Shown here: piece after piece, positions 1 to 13,000 of the stretch
Layout: each line of letters starts with the position of its first letter
Position numbering within the stretch: the first letter of the stretch is position 1
NCBI RefSeq assembly: GCF_009914755.1
Contig: NC_060928.1
Source of the DNA: the human T2T-CHM13v2.0 reference genome, Homo sapiens
Length of the DNA stretch: 64,000 nt
Reading direction: 5' to 3' (one strand)
Position numbers and translations under genes: made by a program
Notes under the pieces: generated by a model
Databases searched by the model: none
Seen by the model: only the letters and a program-made list of their open reading frames with translations
Told to the model about the DNA's origin: nothing

Positions 1-157
1 AGGAAGGATTGTCTTCTAGCATCTGCATACAGAGTGTGGTCCTGCCAACACCTTGATTTTGGATTCCTGGCCTCCAGAACTTGAGAGAATAATTTTTTGT
101 TTTTTAAGACTCCAAGTTTGCAATAGTTTGTTACAGCAGCCGTCAGAAACTCATACA
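1..157 (+). mobile_element. MLT1-type (ERVL-MaLR) LTR, 3' part, cut by window start
   Basis: MLT1 3' motifs cctgccaacaccttgattttggattcctggcctccagaac and terminal gttacagcagc...aaactcataca. Confidence 0.8.
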
Positions 158-162
158 GTATT

Positions 163-310
163 TTCATTTTATTCTCATAACAACTATAAGGAGCAGATGC
201 TACTGTCCCATTTTCTATATGAAGAAATTCTGTCTCAGAAAAGAAAGTAATTGACTTAAGTTCACTAAGCAAGAGCGTGACTGAGCCAGGATGTGCACCA
301 GGTCTATCAA
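163..310 (-). mobile_element. MIR SINE fragment
   Basis: Degenerate reverse-complement MIR core cccattttctatatgaagaaatt...gactgagccaggat. Confidence 0.6.
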
Positions 311-989
311 GTTATAAAGCCTTTTTCTTTAAAGCCAATTTTAAACTTTAAAAAACCACAAACAAACAAACAAACCCTTTCTTCTTCTAACTCTCTGGCT
401 TCTGTCTTATAATTCCATGCCTCTTTCCTTACCATTTTCTAGAAAAAGTGAACAAGTTTATGCTAAGAATGCATTAAGATCATTCTACTCACATTCTTTT
501 AAGTCAAGAAGCTCCTAAAGTGGGTTGAGGAGGAAGGAAACATTGAAAATTTGCTTAGTTAATGAACCCCATAAGGTCATTTTTAAAGTTTGCTTGGCAT
601 CTCAGAGTCTAAGGAAACACTGCTGTATGACTTTTTATTGAGGGTGCTGAACCTCAGTATCAACCTCTCTCTTATTTATTCATAGTTTCTCAAAGGGGCC
701 TCTGGGTTCCTTGATGATAGTTCCCAAGGATCTGGGAGTTCTCAGATCATCTTTGAAAAAAATTCTGACTGGCCCCACTAGAAACAAGTCACTGTGTAAA
801 ATCGCAACTGCTGAGGGATATCCCCCCAAAAAAATTCAGACCTGCCAATCAATTCCAGCCCTGAGCATTGTTTCCACTTCCAGGAGGTCAATTGTCACAG
901 ACTATTTACAAAGATGAGTCTGGAAATTCCTCCCCACTCCCATCCTGTCCACTATATTGTACTTATTTTCCTACATTCTCACATTTACT

Positions 990-1462
990 TTTTTAACAGT
1001 TTTCTTGAGGTATAATTTAAATAAAATAAAGTTAAACTACTATAAGTATACATTTTATGCATATTGGCAATGTACACAGTCATGCAGCCACAACAATCAA
1101 AATAAAGAATATTTTTGTCACCACAAAAATCTTCCAGATGCCCTTCTGAGGTCAATCGCATTTTCCTACCCCTAGCCTCTGGCATCCATTATCTGCTTTC
1201 TGTCACTATAATTCTGTTTTTCCTAGAACTTCACATAAACAGAATCATCATGTATACAGTCTTTCATGTCAAATTTCTTTCACTGAGCATGATGTTTTAA
1301 ACATTCATTCAAAATGCAATCTGTTTTGCATTGTTCAGTAGTTCATGCCTATATGTAGCTGAATTTCCACTGTATGGCTGTACCACAATTTGTTATCTAT
1401 TTATCAGCTGATGAACATTTGGATTGCTTTCAGTTTGAGTATATTATTAATAATCCTGCTTA
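990..1462 (-). mobile_element. Old L1M (L1MB/L1MC-like) 3' end
   Basis: Antisense L1M 3'UTR motifs ttgaggtataattta, ctgctttctgtcactata, ctttcactgagcatgatgtttt, ctgatgaacatttggattg. Confidence 0.7.
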
Positions 1463-1583
1463 CATCTAATTTTATTTATTTACCTCACTTTTCTTTCTTA
1501 TCTTCTTTTCTTCTCTATCTTCAATACAATCTTCCTCTTTCCTATTCCAAATTGACCAGAAATAAAGTTCTATGGACCCGGAG

Positions 1584-1797
1584 TAGTGATTCTCAACTAG
1601 GGATAATTTCAGCTCCCCGGAGATATGTGACAATACTTGAAAGTATTTTTGATTGTCATGACTTAGAAGAGGAGATGCTACTGGCATCTAGTGGATAGAA
1701 CACAGGGATGCTGTTAAATATCCTGAAAAGGGCAGCCTCCCACCAACAAAGAAGTATCCAACCCAAATATCAGTAGTGCAGAAGTTGAGAAACCAAA
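1584..1797 (+). mobile_element. MER20 (hAT-Charlie MITE)
   Basis: TIR-like tagtgattctcaac ... gttgagaaacc; diagnostic gatgctactggcatctagtgg and cagggatgctg. Confidence 0.85.
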
Positions 1798-1842
1798 GTG
1801 GATGGAATGATCTTATACAGAAGCACATTCCATGAAACCTGT

Positions 1843-2397
1843 TGCTATGGTCTGAATGTTGGTGTCTCCTCAAAATTCATATGCTAGGAACTAACACTCA
1901 ATGTGATTGTATTAAGAGGTGGGGTATTTTGTGAAGTGATTAAGTCATGAGGGTCCTGCCCTCATAAAATTTTATTTTATTTTATTTTATTTTTTCAGAG
2001 ACAGATCTCACGTTGTTGTCCAGGCTAGAGTGCAGTGGGGTGATCACAGCTCACTGCAGCCTGAACTCCTGGGCTCAAGGAATGCTCCCAAGTAGCTCTG
2101 ACTACAGGTGTACACCACTAGCCCAGCTAATTTTTTTTTTTTTTTTTAGAGACAGGGTCTCGCTATGTTGCCCAAATTTCCCTCATAAAACTTTATAAAA
2201 GAAGTCAAAGAGAGCTGCCTATCCCATTTCTGCCATAGGGGGACACAGCAAAAAGGTGTTATCTTTGAAGCAGAGAACAAGCTCACACCAGACACTGACT
2301 CTGTGTCTTGATCTTGGGTACCCCAGCCTTCAGAATTGTGAACAATCAATTTCTACCCTAAGATATTTTGTTACAGCAGCCCAAATAAACTAAGACA
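1843..2397 (+). mobile_element. MLT1A/MST-type MaLR solo LTR interrupted by an Alu
   Basis: Starts tgctatggtctgaatgt, ends aaactaagaca; 5-bp TSD cctgt/cctat. Confidence 0.8.
1970..2175 (-). mobile_element. 5'-truncated AluJ-type element inside the LTR
   Basis: Poly-T tail, J-type cacagctcactgcagcctgaactcctgggctcaag; TSD ccctcataaaa at 1959-1969 and 2180-2190. Confidence 0.85.
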
Positions 2398-3044
2398 CCT
2401 ATTATAAGGTGGGAATACTAGTATTTTTTTAAAAAAAAAAAAAAGACCTTTTATATTTCTGAGAAAAAAAATCTTAGAATTCAAGGAATGACTTTTCATT
2501 TTTACGTACATAGTCTTTGGTACATGCACTAACTTCCAATAAAAATACACAAGGTAATACCTGAATCACGGAATTAGTTAATAATTCTGTTCAGAAAACC
2601 ACGCACCAAAATCACTCATCTCCCAGCTAAATCTTTAGTTAATGTATATCTGATAAGACAGAAAGTTTATAACTCAAAGACCAAGTGCATCAGGACTTGC
2701 CAGGGGAGAAATGGCTATTTTGTCACTGTCCCCCACCAGCCATAAAGGGTAACAGTGTTACTCTGTTCATTTTCTCCAGAACCTACTGGGATATCCTTAA
2801 ACCCTTCAGAAGCTTCTAGATATCTGACAAGTTTGCAACTTTAGCAAGGTGAAGACTAGCAAATGAAACAATTTTTACTTTGAAGAAATGGCCACTTCAC
2901 ACAATGAAGGAATTGTACTTTAGGATGATTTTATTTTTGAAACAAATTCAAGGAGCACCTGTATTAAAAATTATCTGAATTTAGCACAAAACACATAATT
3001 TACTCAATAGTGTCATTAGTCTTCAAACCTTTTATATAATCTGA

Positions 3045-3265
3045 AAAGAGCATGGATTTGAAGCCAGACAGATCTAAATTTTATTCAAAGCTCCGATACT
3101 TGGATTTTGTACAAACAGGGATAAACCTCTTAACTTCTCTCAGACTGAGCATCTTCATCTATAAAATGGAGAAAACAATAGTGAACTTAGAGTTTGTGTA
3201 AGGTTTTAATAAGATATTGTGTATACCAGGCCTGGTACATAGTGTGCATTTGATAAAGGTTGATT
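3045..3265 (+). mobile_element. MIR SINE
   Basis: agagcatggatttgaagccagac...cttcatctataaaatggaga...gcctggtacatagt. Confidence 0.7.
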
Positions 3266-3895
3266 TCCTTATTATTTCCTACTGTCAGCTTTGAGCTAAA
3301 TGACTTTTTAAAAAATGAACATTATCCTCAAAAACAATTATTAACATTTGCTTATATAAATGTTTAAGTATTACATATGCAACATGCTTAATGGGGGTGT
3401 ATTTCTTAGCAAATATTCATGAACCCTAAGAGTTAGACTAATATATAGTACTAAGAGAAATTTCATGAGGTCCTCTGATAGAGCTACCTAATCTGCAAAA
3501 GAAAGTCACAAGATGATACACTTTAACCTAGCTGAAGTGATGCATATTTTTAAAAATAAAAATACGTGATTTGTGATACTGAACGAATTTCTCAGTCCCT
3601 TATTATTGAACATGCTCATAATTCATGAAATACACTTCACCCAAAATAAAATATTTGAATTAACCATGCTGCTTGACAGACAAATATAACATCTCTCTTT
3701 TCTCACAGATTATTCTCTCATCTCTTCCTATACAATGTATTTTTTACTTAAAATTAATACTTCTCTTTTGAGCTGTAAAACCATTTGAGACACATTATAC
3801 TTCTAAGATGTTGCAGAAAACAAAATCATATTATCATTTTCTAATTTAGAATGTAAATGGAAAGGAACATGCTCAATGAAAGTAAAATACCTCTA

Positions 3896-4459
<564 letters not shown>

Positions 4460-5199
4460 TCATGACACTAATCTATTCAATGATGTATAGAGATCCTGTT
4501 CCTCTAAGAAGAAAATGGAAACAGATGTCTTTCTTTATGAGGAGATTCCTGAGGGAATTACATCACTAATGAGAAGAGGAGCTAGAAGAAGAAAAAAAAA
4601 AAAAAAAAAAAGGCTATGCCCAGCCACAAAAATGTAGAGTAGAACTTTTATTTGACAATCTTCTAGAAATTAAGTGCACTGTTGGAGCAATACAGATAGA
4701 CATTCTTCTGTGAAGAATGACTTTTCCAAATATGTTTCTCAAGTAGCCAGTTCCAGATATATTTTTAGCATATTTAGCTAAAATAGGACTGCTACTTCTT
4801 GATTGGAAAGATGACACTGGCTGTCATATGGGGGCATCTTTACATACCCTCCTAAAATCAGTTTTAAGAATTATCTTATCTTACCTCGAAATAGTTATGA
4901 GATAGTTTCATATGAAATTGAACTGGGATTGAGGAAAAATATAAGAAAGGTAGGGAGGTAGTTTGTAAAAACTAGAGAAATTGATTAAAGGATGTAGATA
5001 TATATAATTACTTATATTTATTGTATTGAAAAAATGTTATTAATGCAATTTACATTCATGAAAACCTAATCCTATTACTCTTTTGTTTAACTTTTTTCAA
5101 TTGCTCCCCATAATAAACTCTGTACTAGGGCATGAAGTACCATTTCATTATGTGTATCCTTAACATCCATTCAATTTCATCCTTTACCATTCCACTTCT

Positions 5200-5600
5200 A
5201 TTCTAAATGCTCAAGTAATTTAACATCATCTGTTGTTCCCTGACAAATCTCTTATGCATTTGCACGTAACTGCCTGGGGTACTCCTCCTCACTGTCACCA
5301 CCTGGAAACCAACTAATCTTCCTTTGTGACTCAGATTTCATTTTATGGGAGGCCTTCTCTGACTCTACCCAGGTGATTTAAGACCCTATTTTTCTGTACA
5401 ACTTTTTAAAATCTGTATATAACTCCATTATACATATCAAAATATTATAATTATTACTGTGATTTTTAACTACTAAGCCACAAACACTACACTATGAGTG
5501 TAGAAACTGTCTTTTCATTATTGTGTGCAACTATTAAATGTTTGTTGTTTGAAAGCCTGAATGAAGTAAATAACCAGATGAATTAATAAATAAATTAACT
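5200..5600 (+). mobile_element. L2 LINE 3' fragment
   Basis: gggaggccttctctgac motif and L2 terminus taaatgtttgttg...tgaatgaa. Confidence 0.5.
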
Positions 5601-6465
5601 GACTAGAAACACAAAGAGATAAGTGCTTATGAGTCTTGAAGAACAAAAAATTAAAGTCAGAACAGGATCAACATTGGTTTTTAATCAGAATTAAATAAAT
5701 GTAAACTGAATATCCTTAATTCTCAATTCTATTGATGCAGATGGGTGTCACTTTAACAGTTAAACAAAGTTATATAATAATCATATAAATATTCTGCTTT
5801 TGTCTCTATTTACCCCCAAAGTCTCCAGTCTCCTGGAAAATATGCCCCCTAATATTTCTTAGGTCTCCCTACATGACAGCCTATATAGACTCTCAAACCT
5901 ACCTTTAGAAAACTTGCCCTGACCTTGCTCTCCTGCCCTAGTTTCTCCTTAGCAACAACTTCTGTTCCCCAACCTGGCTGAAGGTCCCCAACTGCTGTGA
6001 TTTCTGGTGCTGCCTCCCATGAGAACTCAACAAAGATGCTGTCTCCCAAATATCCCAAAGCCAACAATCCACAAGAGTCAGAAAGGCAATAGTGAAACTG
6101 CCTGCCCCCGTATTTATCAATTGTTGCCACCCAGGTGATATAACTTGAACTGTTGAGCACTTTCTCATTGCATCTGAAAAAGGTTTTTATGAAAATAGTA
6201 CTTCCTTCCATGCCTTTTTCCACAGGTGCTCAAGAAAATGTGTAGGCAGCTTGAAAGAGGACCAGACCCTTAATGACTCTTTCATTGTCTTTTCTCAAAG
6301 ATCCTGTGCACAAACCTCTCCTTTCCTCTCTCAGCCAAAATTATCAGGCTGTCATGTAAATAGACCACTGATTGCCTGTAATCACAAATTCCTCAAATAG
6401 ATCCAAAGAAATCTGAATTCTTTCTGTGTTTAGCAAGGATTCTGGCTACAAAAAGATTAGGCTGA

Positions 6466-7152
6466 TGTCAGAATTTTAGAATATTACTCCCCAAAATGTC
6501 AACGCTTCTTTCATACATTCTTTATGTGGGAGAAGAAAATGAGCAAGGGTGAACTATAAGAACAAGTCATTAATGTCTACATACTAGGTAACCCAGAAGA
6601 CATACTTGCATGGCGCTGAAGAGCAGAAGTTGTTTGGAAATGAGAAAATAATCCAGATACGTTGCCCAGAATGGGAAACACTTACAATCTACATGGAGAA
6701 TAACATTTTAAAAGTTCCCATACACCTAGGAAAATTCTGATTATGTTGTAATCATGACAACAAATAACCACAAAAATTCATTTTAGATCAATCAGTGATA
6801 GAGTACCTCAGTGAACACACTTTTGCAAACCAATCAGTGACAGTCCTTTGCTTTTGAAAATCAGCCAAATAAGGATAGGTTTGCCCCATGAACAAGCTTT
6901 TAAAACTCAATCTATCAACTACACTCTTGCCCAAGTAACCATGTTTCTAAAGGTGACATCAACCCATCCCTAAAACTCCACCAACTCCCCGACTTACTAT
7001 TTCCCAAAAGCCTTTTATACAATCAGTTCCTTGCTATGCTCAGAGAGGATGTACCTAACCAGCATAGCTCTCCCTTACTTAAGTAAGCAATAAATTCAGC
7101 ACTGTGTATGTGTGTGATTGCAGATACTAAATGGTGGCCTCATTCTTTGATA
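6466..7152 (+). mobile_element. Old ERV1-class solo LTR (MER110-like)
   Basis: tgtcagaatt start, repeated aatcagtga subunits, agcaataaattcagc poly(A) region, ggtggcctcattctttgata end; family from recall. Confidence 0.55.
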
Positions 7153-7766
7153 TCACCTAAGTTAAACATGCTACTGGTTGGGAAAGCTATCCCAAAGAAT
7201 TTTAAGAGGGGTGGCATACCCAAAAGGCCAAATTTGACTTAACCTTGGACCTTGCCATGAAGGACAGCTGTGCCTATTCCCAGCAAATGCCTTTTGGAGC
7301 CACTTCCTGATTCCCTCCCTAATAAACTTTTTTAATTTGCATACTTAAATTTTTTTAGCCTTTCATTCCACCTCTGTAAAATACACATGATACTATCTCA
7401 TTGTGTTAATATGATTGCTAAATTACATGATAAAGGTGTTCTAAATAATAAAGCATTCAAATATTTATAAATACTAGTCATCAATTTGCACGGCCCCATT
7501 CACTCCAGGAGCGAAAAAAAAAAAAAAAAAGGCTATAAAGAGAAAAATTCTTCCTCTCTGCCTATCTTCTCTTCTTGTCTTCCATGCTTCAGATGCAATA
7601 AATGTTATTAATTTCTGGTGAATTCTTCTAGATATGTTCCTATACTAACATAGCATTGTGTGCATTATTTTCAAAAATAGTACACAATTTGTACACAAAT
7701 TATACATTTTTTTCTGTCTATTTTTTATTTTACCATTGATCCTAAGGCTCGTTCTATAACACTATA

Positions 7767-8425
7767 GAGTATCCATCCTTATCCTCTGGATATATGTTCC
7801 AAGACCCCAGTGGATGCCCCAGTGGATAGTCCAAACCCATATATACTCTACCTTTTCGATCTGAAAACCAAGCTAGCTACTAAGTGATGGTAAATAGCAT
7901 ATACAATGTGGATATGCTGGACAAAAGGATGATTCACATCCCAGGTTAGACGAAGCAGGATGGTACAAGATTTCATCATACTACTCAGAATGGCTCACAA
8001 TTCAAACTTATGAATTGTTTATTTCTGGTCTTTTTTTTCCTCCCCGAGATGGAGTCTTGATATGTCACCCAGGCTGAATTGCAATGGTGCGATCTCGGCT
8101 CACTGCAAACTCTGCCTCCTGAGTTCAAGAAATTCTCCTGCCTCAGCCTCCTGAGTAGCTAGGATTACAGACGCCCACCACCACGCCTGGATAATTTTTG
8201 TATTTTTGTTAGAAATGGGGATTCACCATGTTGGCCAGGCTGGTCTTGAACTCCTGACCTCATGATCCACCCTCCTCAGCCTCCCAAAGTGCTGGGATTA
8301 CAGGCATGAGCCACTGCGCCTGGCCGTTTATTTCTGGAATTTCCCATTTAATATTTTCAGACCACCATTGACCACAGGCAACTAAAACCAGAGAAACAAA
8401 AACCACAGATAAAAGGGGACTACTG
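7767..8425 (-). mobile_element. MER44A-like (TcMar-Tigger) MITE interrupted by an Alu
   Basis: TIR ...gataaaaggggactactg flanked by TA on both sides; internal ttccaagaccccagtggatg and gatatgctggacaaaaggatgattcac. Confidence 0.8.
8029..8325 (-). mobile_element. AluS (AluSg-like)
   Basis: Full antisense Alu; TSD gtttatttctgg at 8017-8028 and 8326-8337. Confidence 0.95.
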
Positions 8426-10057
8426 TATACGGAATATTTTTTGTTATTTTTTAAGGGCTGCTTAGAATTCCACATTATAGTGTTTTATGATTTGCTTAAC
8501 CTATGACCTACCATGGGAATGTAGGTGGTTTCCAATCTTTGGTTGTATCAGAAATTGTATTATTAAAGAAAGTATACAGATACATTTGCACACACACATT
8601 GCGTGTATAAGCTATGGGAATAAATTCTCAATGTAGAATTGCTGGGTGAAAATGTACATGCATTTTAAATTTTAATAGCTATTGCCAAATAGCTCTCCTT
8701 ATGTCAATTCATTTCGCCATCAATAGAAGAGAGAATAAATCTCCTGTCAGTATATTTATCAATTTTGTTACCCAAAATTTTGTCAATGATAAAAAGGTTT
8801 TATTTTACTTAATATTGATTTGCAAAGTATTTATTATGTGCAAAGTTGAATTCTATTCTTTTGTTTAAAAATTATGTTTATTTTTTCCTGCAAAGTCTGG
8901 TCATATACTTCACTCATGTTTGAATTATGTTTACACAGCCTATATAGCCTTTTAAATTAATTTATGGGAGGTTTTTATATTTGATAATTAGGTCTTCCTC
9001 ACATGTTTTCCAAATATTTTCCCAGCTTGTTATTTGTTTTTCGAATTTGCTTATAGTATTTTTTCTATCAAAAATCAATATTTTATGGCTTTTGAATTTT
9101 TGCATTGCTCTCCTCAACTACAGTAATGTATTTTTGGTCTAAGTTTTATTCCAATACTTTTACAGTTTCAAATGATTTTGTTATAAGGAATGAGACAGAA
9201 TCTAAGTTTATTTATCCAACTACTCTCAATTGTCACTTATTCATTGTTTTTCACCTATGTAAAATCTTAACACTACACTTTTGTAAATATGGATGCCTTT
9301 TTCTATTAGATTCCGCAAAATTATATCAGTACCATGCCGTTTGGATTATAACAGTTTCATAATGTGCTATAATATCAGATAGAGCTAGTTCATTTAACTA
9401 CTATCCTTTTTTCCTTAATTTTTTTGGCTGCTCTTGTACATTTTTATATACATTGTACACTTTTTAATCAATTCATCTAGCTATATGGTTTTTAAATCCT
9501 TGTAGATTACATATATGGCACTTAACAGGTTTAAAAAACTGATCTTCCCAATCAAAGCACAGGCTGTTTATTTTCTTATTTTTAGGTTTTCTTTTGCTTC
9601 TCATTGTAGCAATGATTTTCTTCATGACTATATTTTAAAATATATATTATAATGGTACAGATTTCTATATATTGATTTCCTGAACTTTGTTATTGCTTAT
9701 AATAGCTATTCAGATGAAGTTATTGGTTTTTCCAGAAATACAGCCAGATCTTCTTCAAATAATGATACTTGTATACCACTTTTACATTTAGAGAATGCTT
9801 GTTAAGGAAATAGATTTCAAACAAACAGGAATATGTGATAATTTAGAGTCATTACTCATTTGCCTTGCAAAGTGGTGGTAGAAGAGTGAGTCTGTGTGTT
9901 TGCAAGCACCCCCTCTTTCCTAACAGACCCTAATCTTACATTAAGAAGCCTTTTCTTTTACCTGCAAATAAACTAGAGAATGAACTTGTCTCATAAGATT
10001 TATACAATTCTTCTTTTAGTAAAATTCTTTATACTATGGTCAATACAACACTTATTT

Positions 10058-13000
10058 GAGGGAAAAGACAAGATGGTTAACTAGACACAGCCATCAAGTG
10101 CTTCTCCCACCAAGAGACCAGACCTTCATGGTCACGAGACCAGACCTTCATGAAGACTAGTACACTCCAAGTAGATCTTTGGAAGGAAGGCATTGACAGT
10201 GGATGGAGAGAAGATGCAGACACTGGGATGAAGAGGAAGGAAGCTAGGAACTCTGCATGGGGCTAATGAGCACCAGGACTCATTCCTGGCCCCAAGCAGT
10301 TACTGGGGAAGGAGTGAGTTAAATAGGCATGGAATGGCCCACTCTCACCATAGACCTCTGGAATCCTAGCTGCAGGAGACCCAGTGACCTCCATGGACAT
10401 TTGAGCTTGCAAGAAGAGCTGGTTGGAGAGTTGACAGGGACAGGACTCTAGCCCATGTGGAGCCCAGCTGGTTTGGCAAGGAATACCTACAGTGGAGCAC
10501 AGCCAGGGATGCCCATCCCCCAAGGCTCATCTCACTCCTTAGGGTGGCTTTGGCCTTTGTTGATAGGGGCTCCTAGAAAGAACAGGGCTATCTTTCCTGT
10601 GGGATGGGGCAGGCTGATCTGAGTGCCCCTCTGTCTGCCAGCCTCTCCCAGGGTCTCTTCCTGGGCTGCACCTACTTGCAACTCAGCCTCAGATGATCTT
10701 GTAAATGGTACAAGAGCTGAAAGATGAAATAGCCATCTTTAAAAGGAATGAAGCTGATCTAATAGAGCTGAAAACTCACTACAAGAAATTCATAATATAA
10801 TTGGAAATATTAAGAGCAGAATAGACCAAGCTGAGGAAAACATCTCAGAGCTTGAAAACCAATTCAAATCAACTCTGTCAGATAAAAATAAAAAAATCAA
10901 AAAGAATGAACAAGAACTCTAAGAAATATGGGTTATGCAAACAGACCAAATGTATGACTCACTGCCATCCTTGAAAGACAGGGAGAGACCAAGCAATTTG
11001 AAAAACATATTTGAGAATATTGTCCCTCAAAATTGCCCAACCTCACTAAAGAGTTCGAGATTCAAATTCAGGAAATTCAGAGAACCCCTACAAGATACTA
11101 CATAAGATGACCATCTCCAAGACACACATAGTAATCACATTCTCTAAGGTCATTGTGAAATAAAGCAGCTAGAGAGAAGGGGCATGTCACCTATAAAGGG
11201 AACCCATCAACTAAGAGCAGAGTGCTTTGAGCAGAAACCCTTACAAGCCAGAAGAGATTGGGGGCCTATATTCAGCATCCTTAAAGAAAAATAATTTCCA
11301 CCAAGAATTTCATATCCAGCCGAATTAAGCTTCATAAGCAAAGGTGAAATAAAATTATTTTTGGACAAGTAAATGCTAAGAGAATTCGTTATCACCAGAC
11401 GTGTCTTACAAGATGCCCTTAAGGGAGTGTGAAATATGGAAACAAAAGACCATTACTGGCCACCAAAAAAAAAAAAAAAAGGGAAAAAAGAAAAAAAAAC
11501 CACCACTTGAGTACATAGGTCATTGACACCATAAAGAACTACACACACAATCAAGTCTACATAAGAGTTAGCTAATTTCACAGTGATAGGATAAAATGTG
11601 TACATATTAATATTCCTTGAATGTAAGTGGGCTACATGCCCCACTTAAAAGGCACAGAGTGGCAAGTTGGATAAAGAAGCAAGACTCAATTGTATGGTGT
11701 TTTCAAGAGACCCATCGCATATGCAATGACACCCAAAAGCTCAAAGTAAGTGGATGCAGAAAACTCTATAATGCAAATGGAAAACAAAAAAGAGCAGGGT
11801 TTATTCTTCTCATTCCAAACAAAACAGACTTTAAATAACCAACTATCAAAAAGGACCAAGAAGGAAATTACATAATGATAAAGGGTTCAATACAACAAGA
11901 AGACTTAACTATCCTAAATATATATGCACTCAACACAACGGTACCCAGAAAAAACAACTTCAAAGAGACTTAGATAACCACACAGTGATAGTGGGAGACT
12001 TCAACACCCTATTGACAGTATTAAACAGATTATCAAGGCAGAAAACTAATAAAGATATTTGAGACCTAAACTCAACACTTGGCCAAATGGACCCAAGAGA
12101 CATCTAGAGAAGACTCCATGTAAGTACAACAGAATTGACATTCTTCTCATCTGCACATGGCATTTACTCTAAAATTAACCATATGTTTGGATGTAAAGCA
12201 ATTCTCAACAAATTTTAAAAAACCAAAATCATACCAACCACACTCTCAGATCTTAGTGCAATAAAAACAGAAATCAATACCAAGATCTCTCAAAATCATA
12301 CAACTATGTAGAAATTAAATAATCTGCTCCTGAATGACTTTTAGGTAAACAATGAAATTAAGGCAGAAATCAAGAAATTCTTTAAGACTAATGAAAACAA
12401 AGATACAGCATACCAGAATCTCTGGGACACAGCTAAAACAGTGTTAAGAGGAAAGTTTATAGCTCGATATGCCCACATCAGAAAGAAATATCTCTAAAAA
12501 CCTAACATCACATCTAGAGGAACCAGAAAAGCAAGAGCAAACCAACCCCAAAGCTAGCAGGAGAAAAGCAACAATCAAAATAGAGCTGAACTGAAAGAAA
12601 CTGAGATGTGAAAATCCACACAAAAGAGCAACAAACCAAAAGTTGATTCTTGGAAAGAAAAAATAGGATTAATAGACAACTACTTAGATGAATAAAGAAA
12701 AAAAGAGAGAAGATCCAAATAAACACAATCAGAAATGGCAAAGGGGACATTATCACCAACCCCACAGAATAACAAAAAAAGAAAACTTCAGAGACTATTA
12801 CAAACACCTCTATGCACAGAAACTAGAAAACCTATAAGAAATGGATAAATTGCTAGAAACATACAACCTCCCAAGATTCAACCAGCAAGAAATTGAAACC
12901 CTAAACAGGCCAAATGAGTTTTGAACATTAATCAGTATTAAAAAATCCTACCCAACCAGGGACCAGACAAATACACAGCTGAATTCTACCAGCTGTATAA

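Larger units (their letters stand above)
7560..9790 (-). mobile_element. Highly diverged L1ME-type fragments, interrupted by MER44A and Alu
   Basis: T-rich antisense L1 motifs gtagaattgctgggtgaaa, attgccaaatagctctcc, tcttcccaatcaaagcac, atttctatatattgattt. Confidence 0.55.

Noticed and set aside
5849-6223. 124-aa - strand ORF in non-repeat sequence
   Set aside because: No recognisable domain or homolog, non-ATG (GTG) start, no supporting exon structure; length compatible with chance.
4590-7536. Two orphan poly(A) runs both followed by ggctat (~4612 and ~7531), suggesting a TSD or duplication
   Set aside because: Only 6 matching bases beyond the A runs and no single element spans the interval; probably coincidence.
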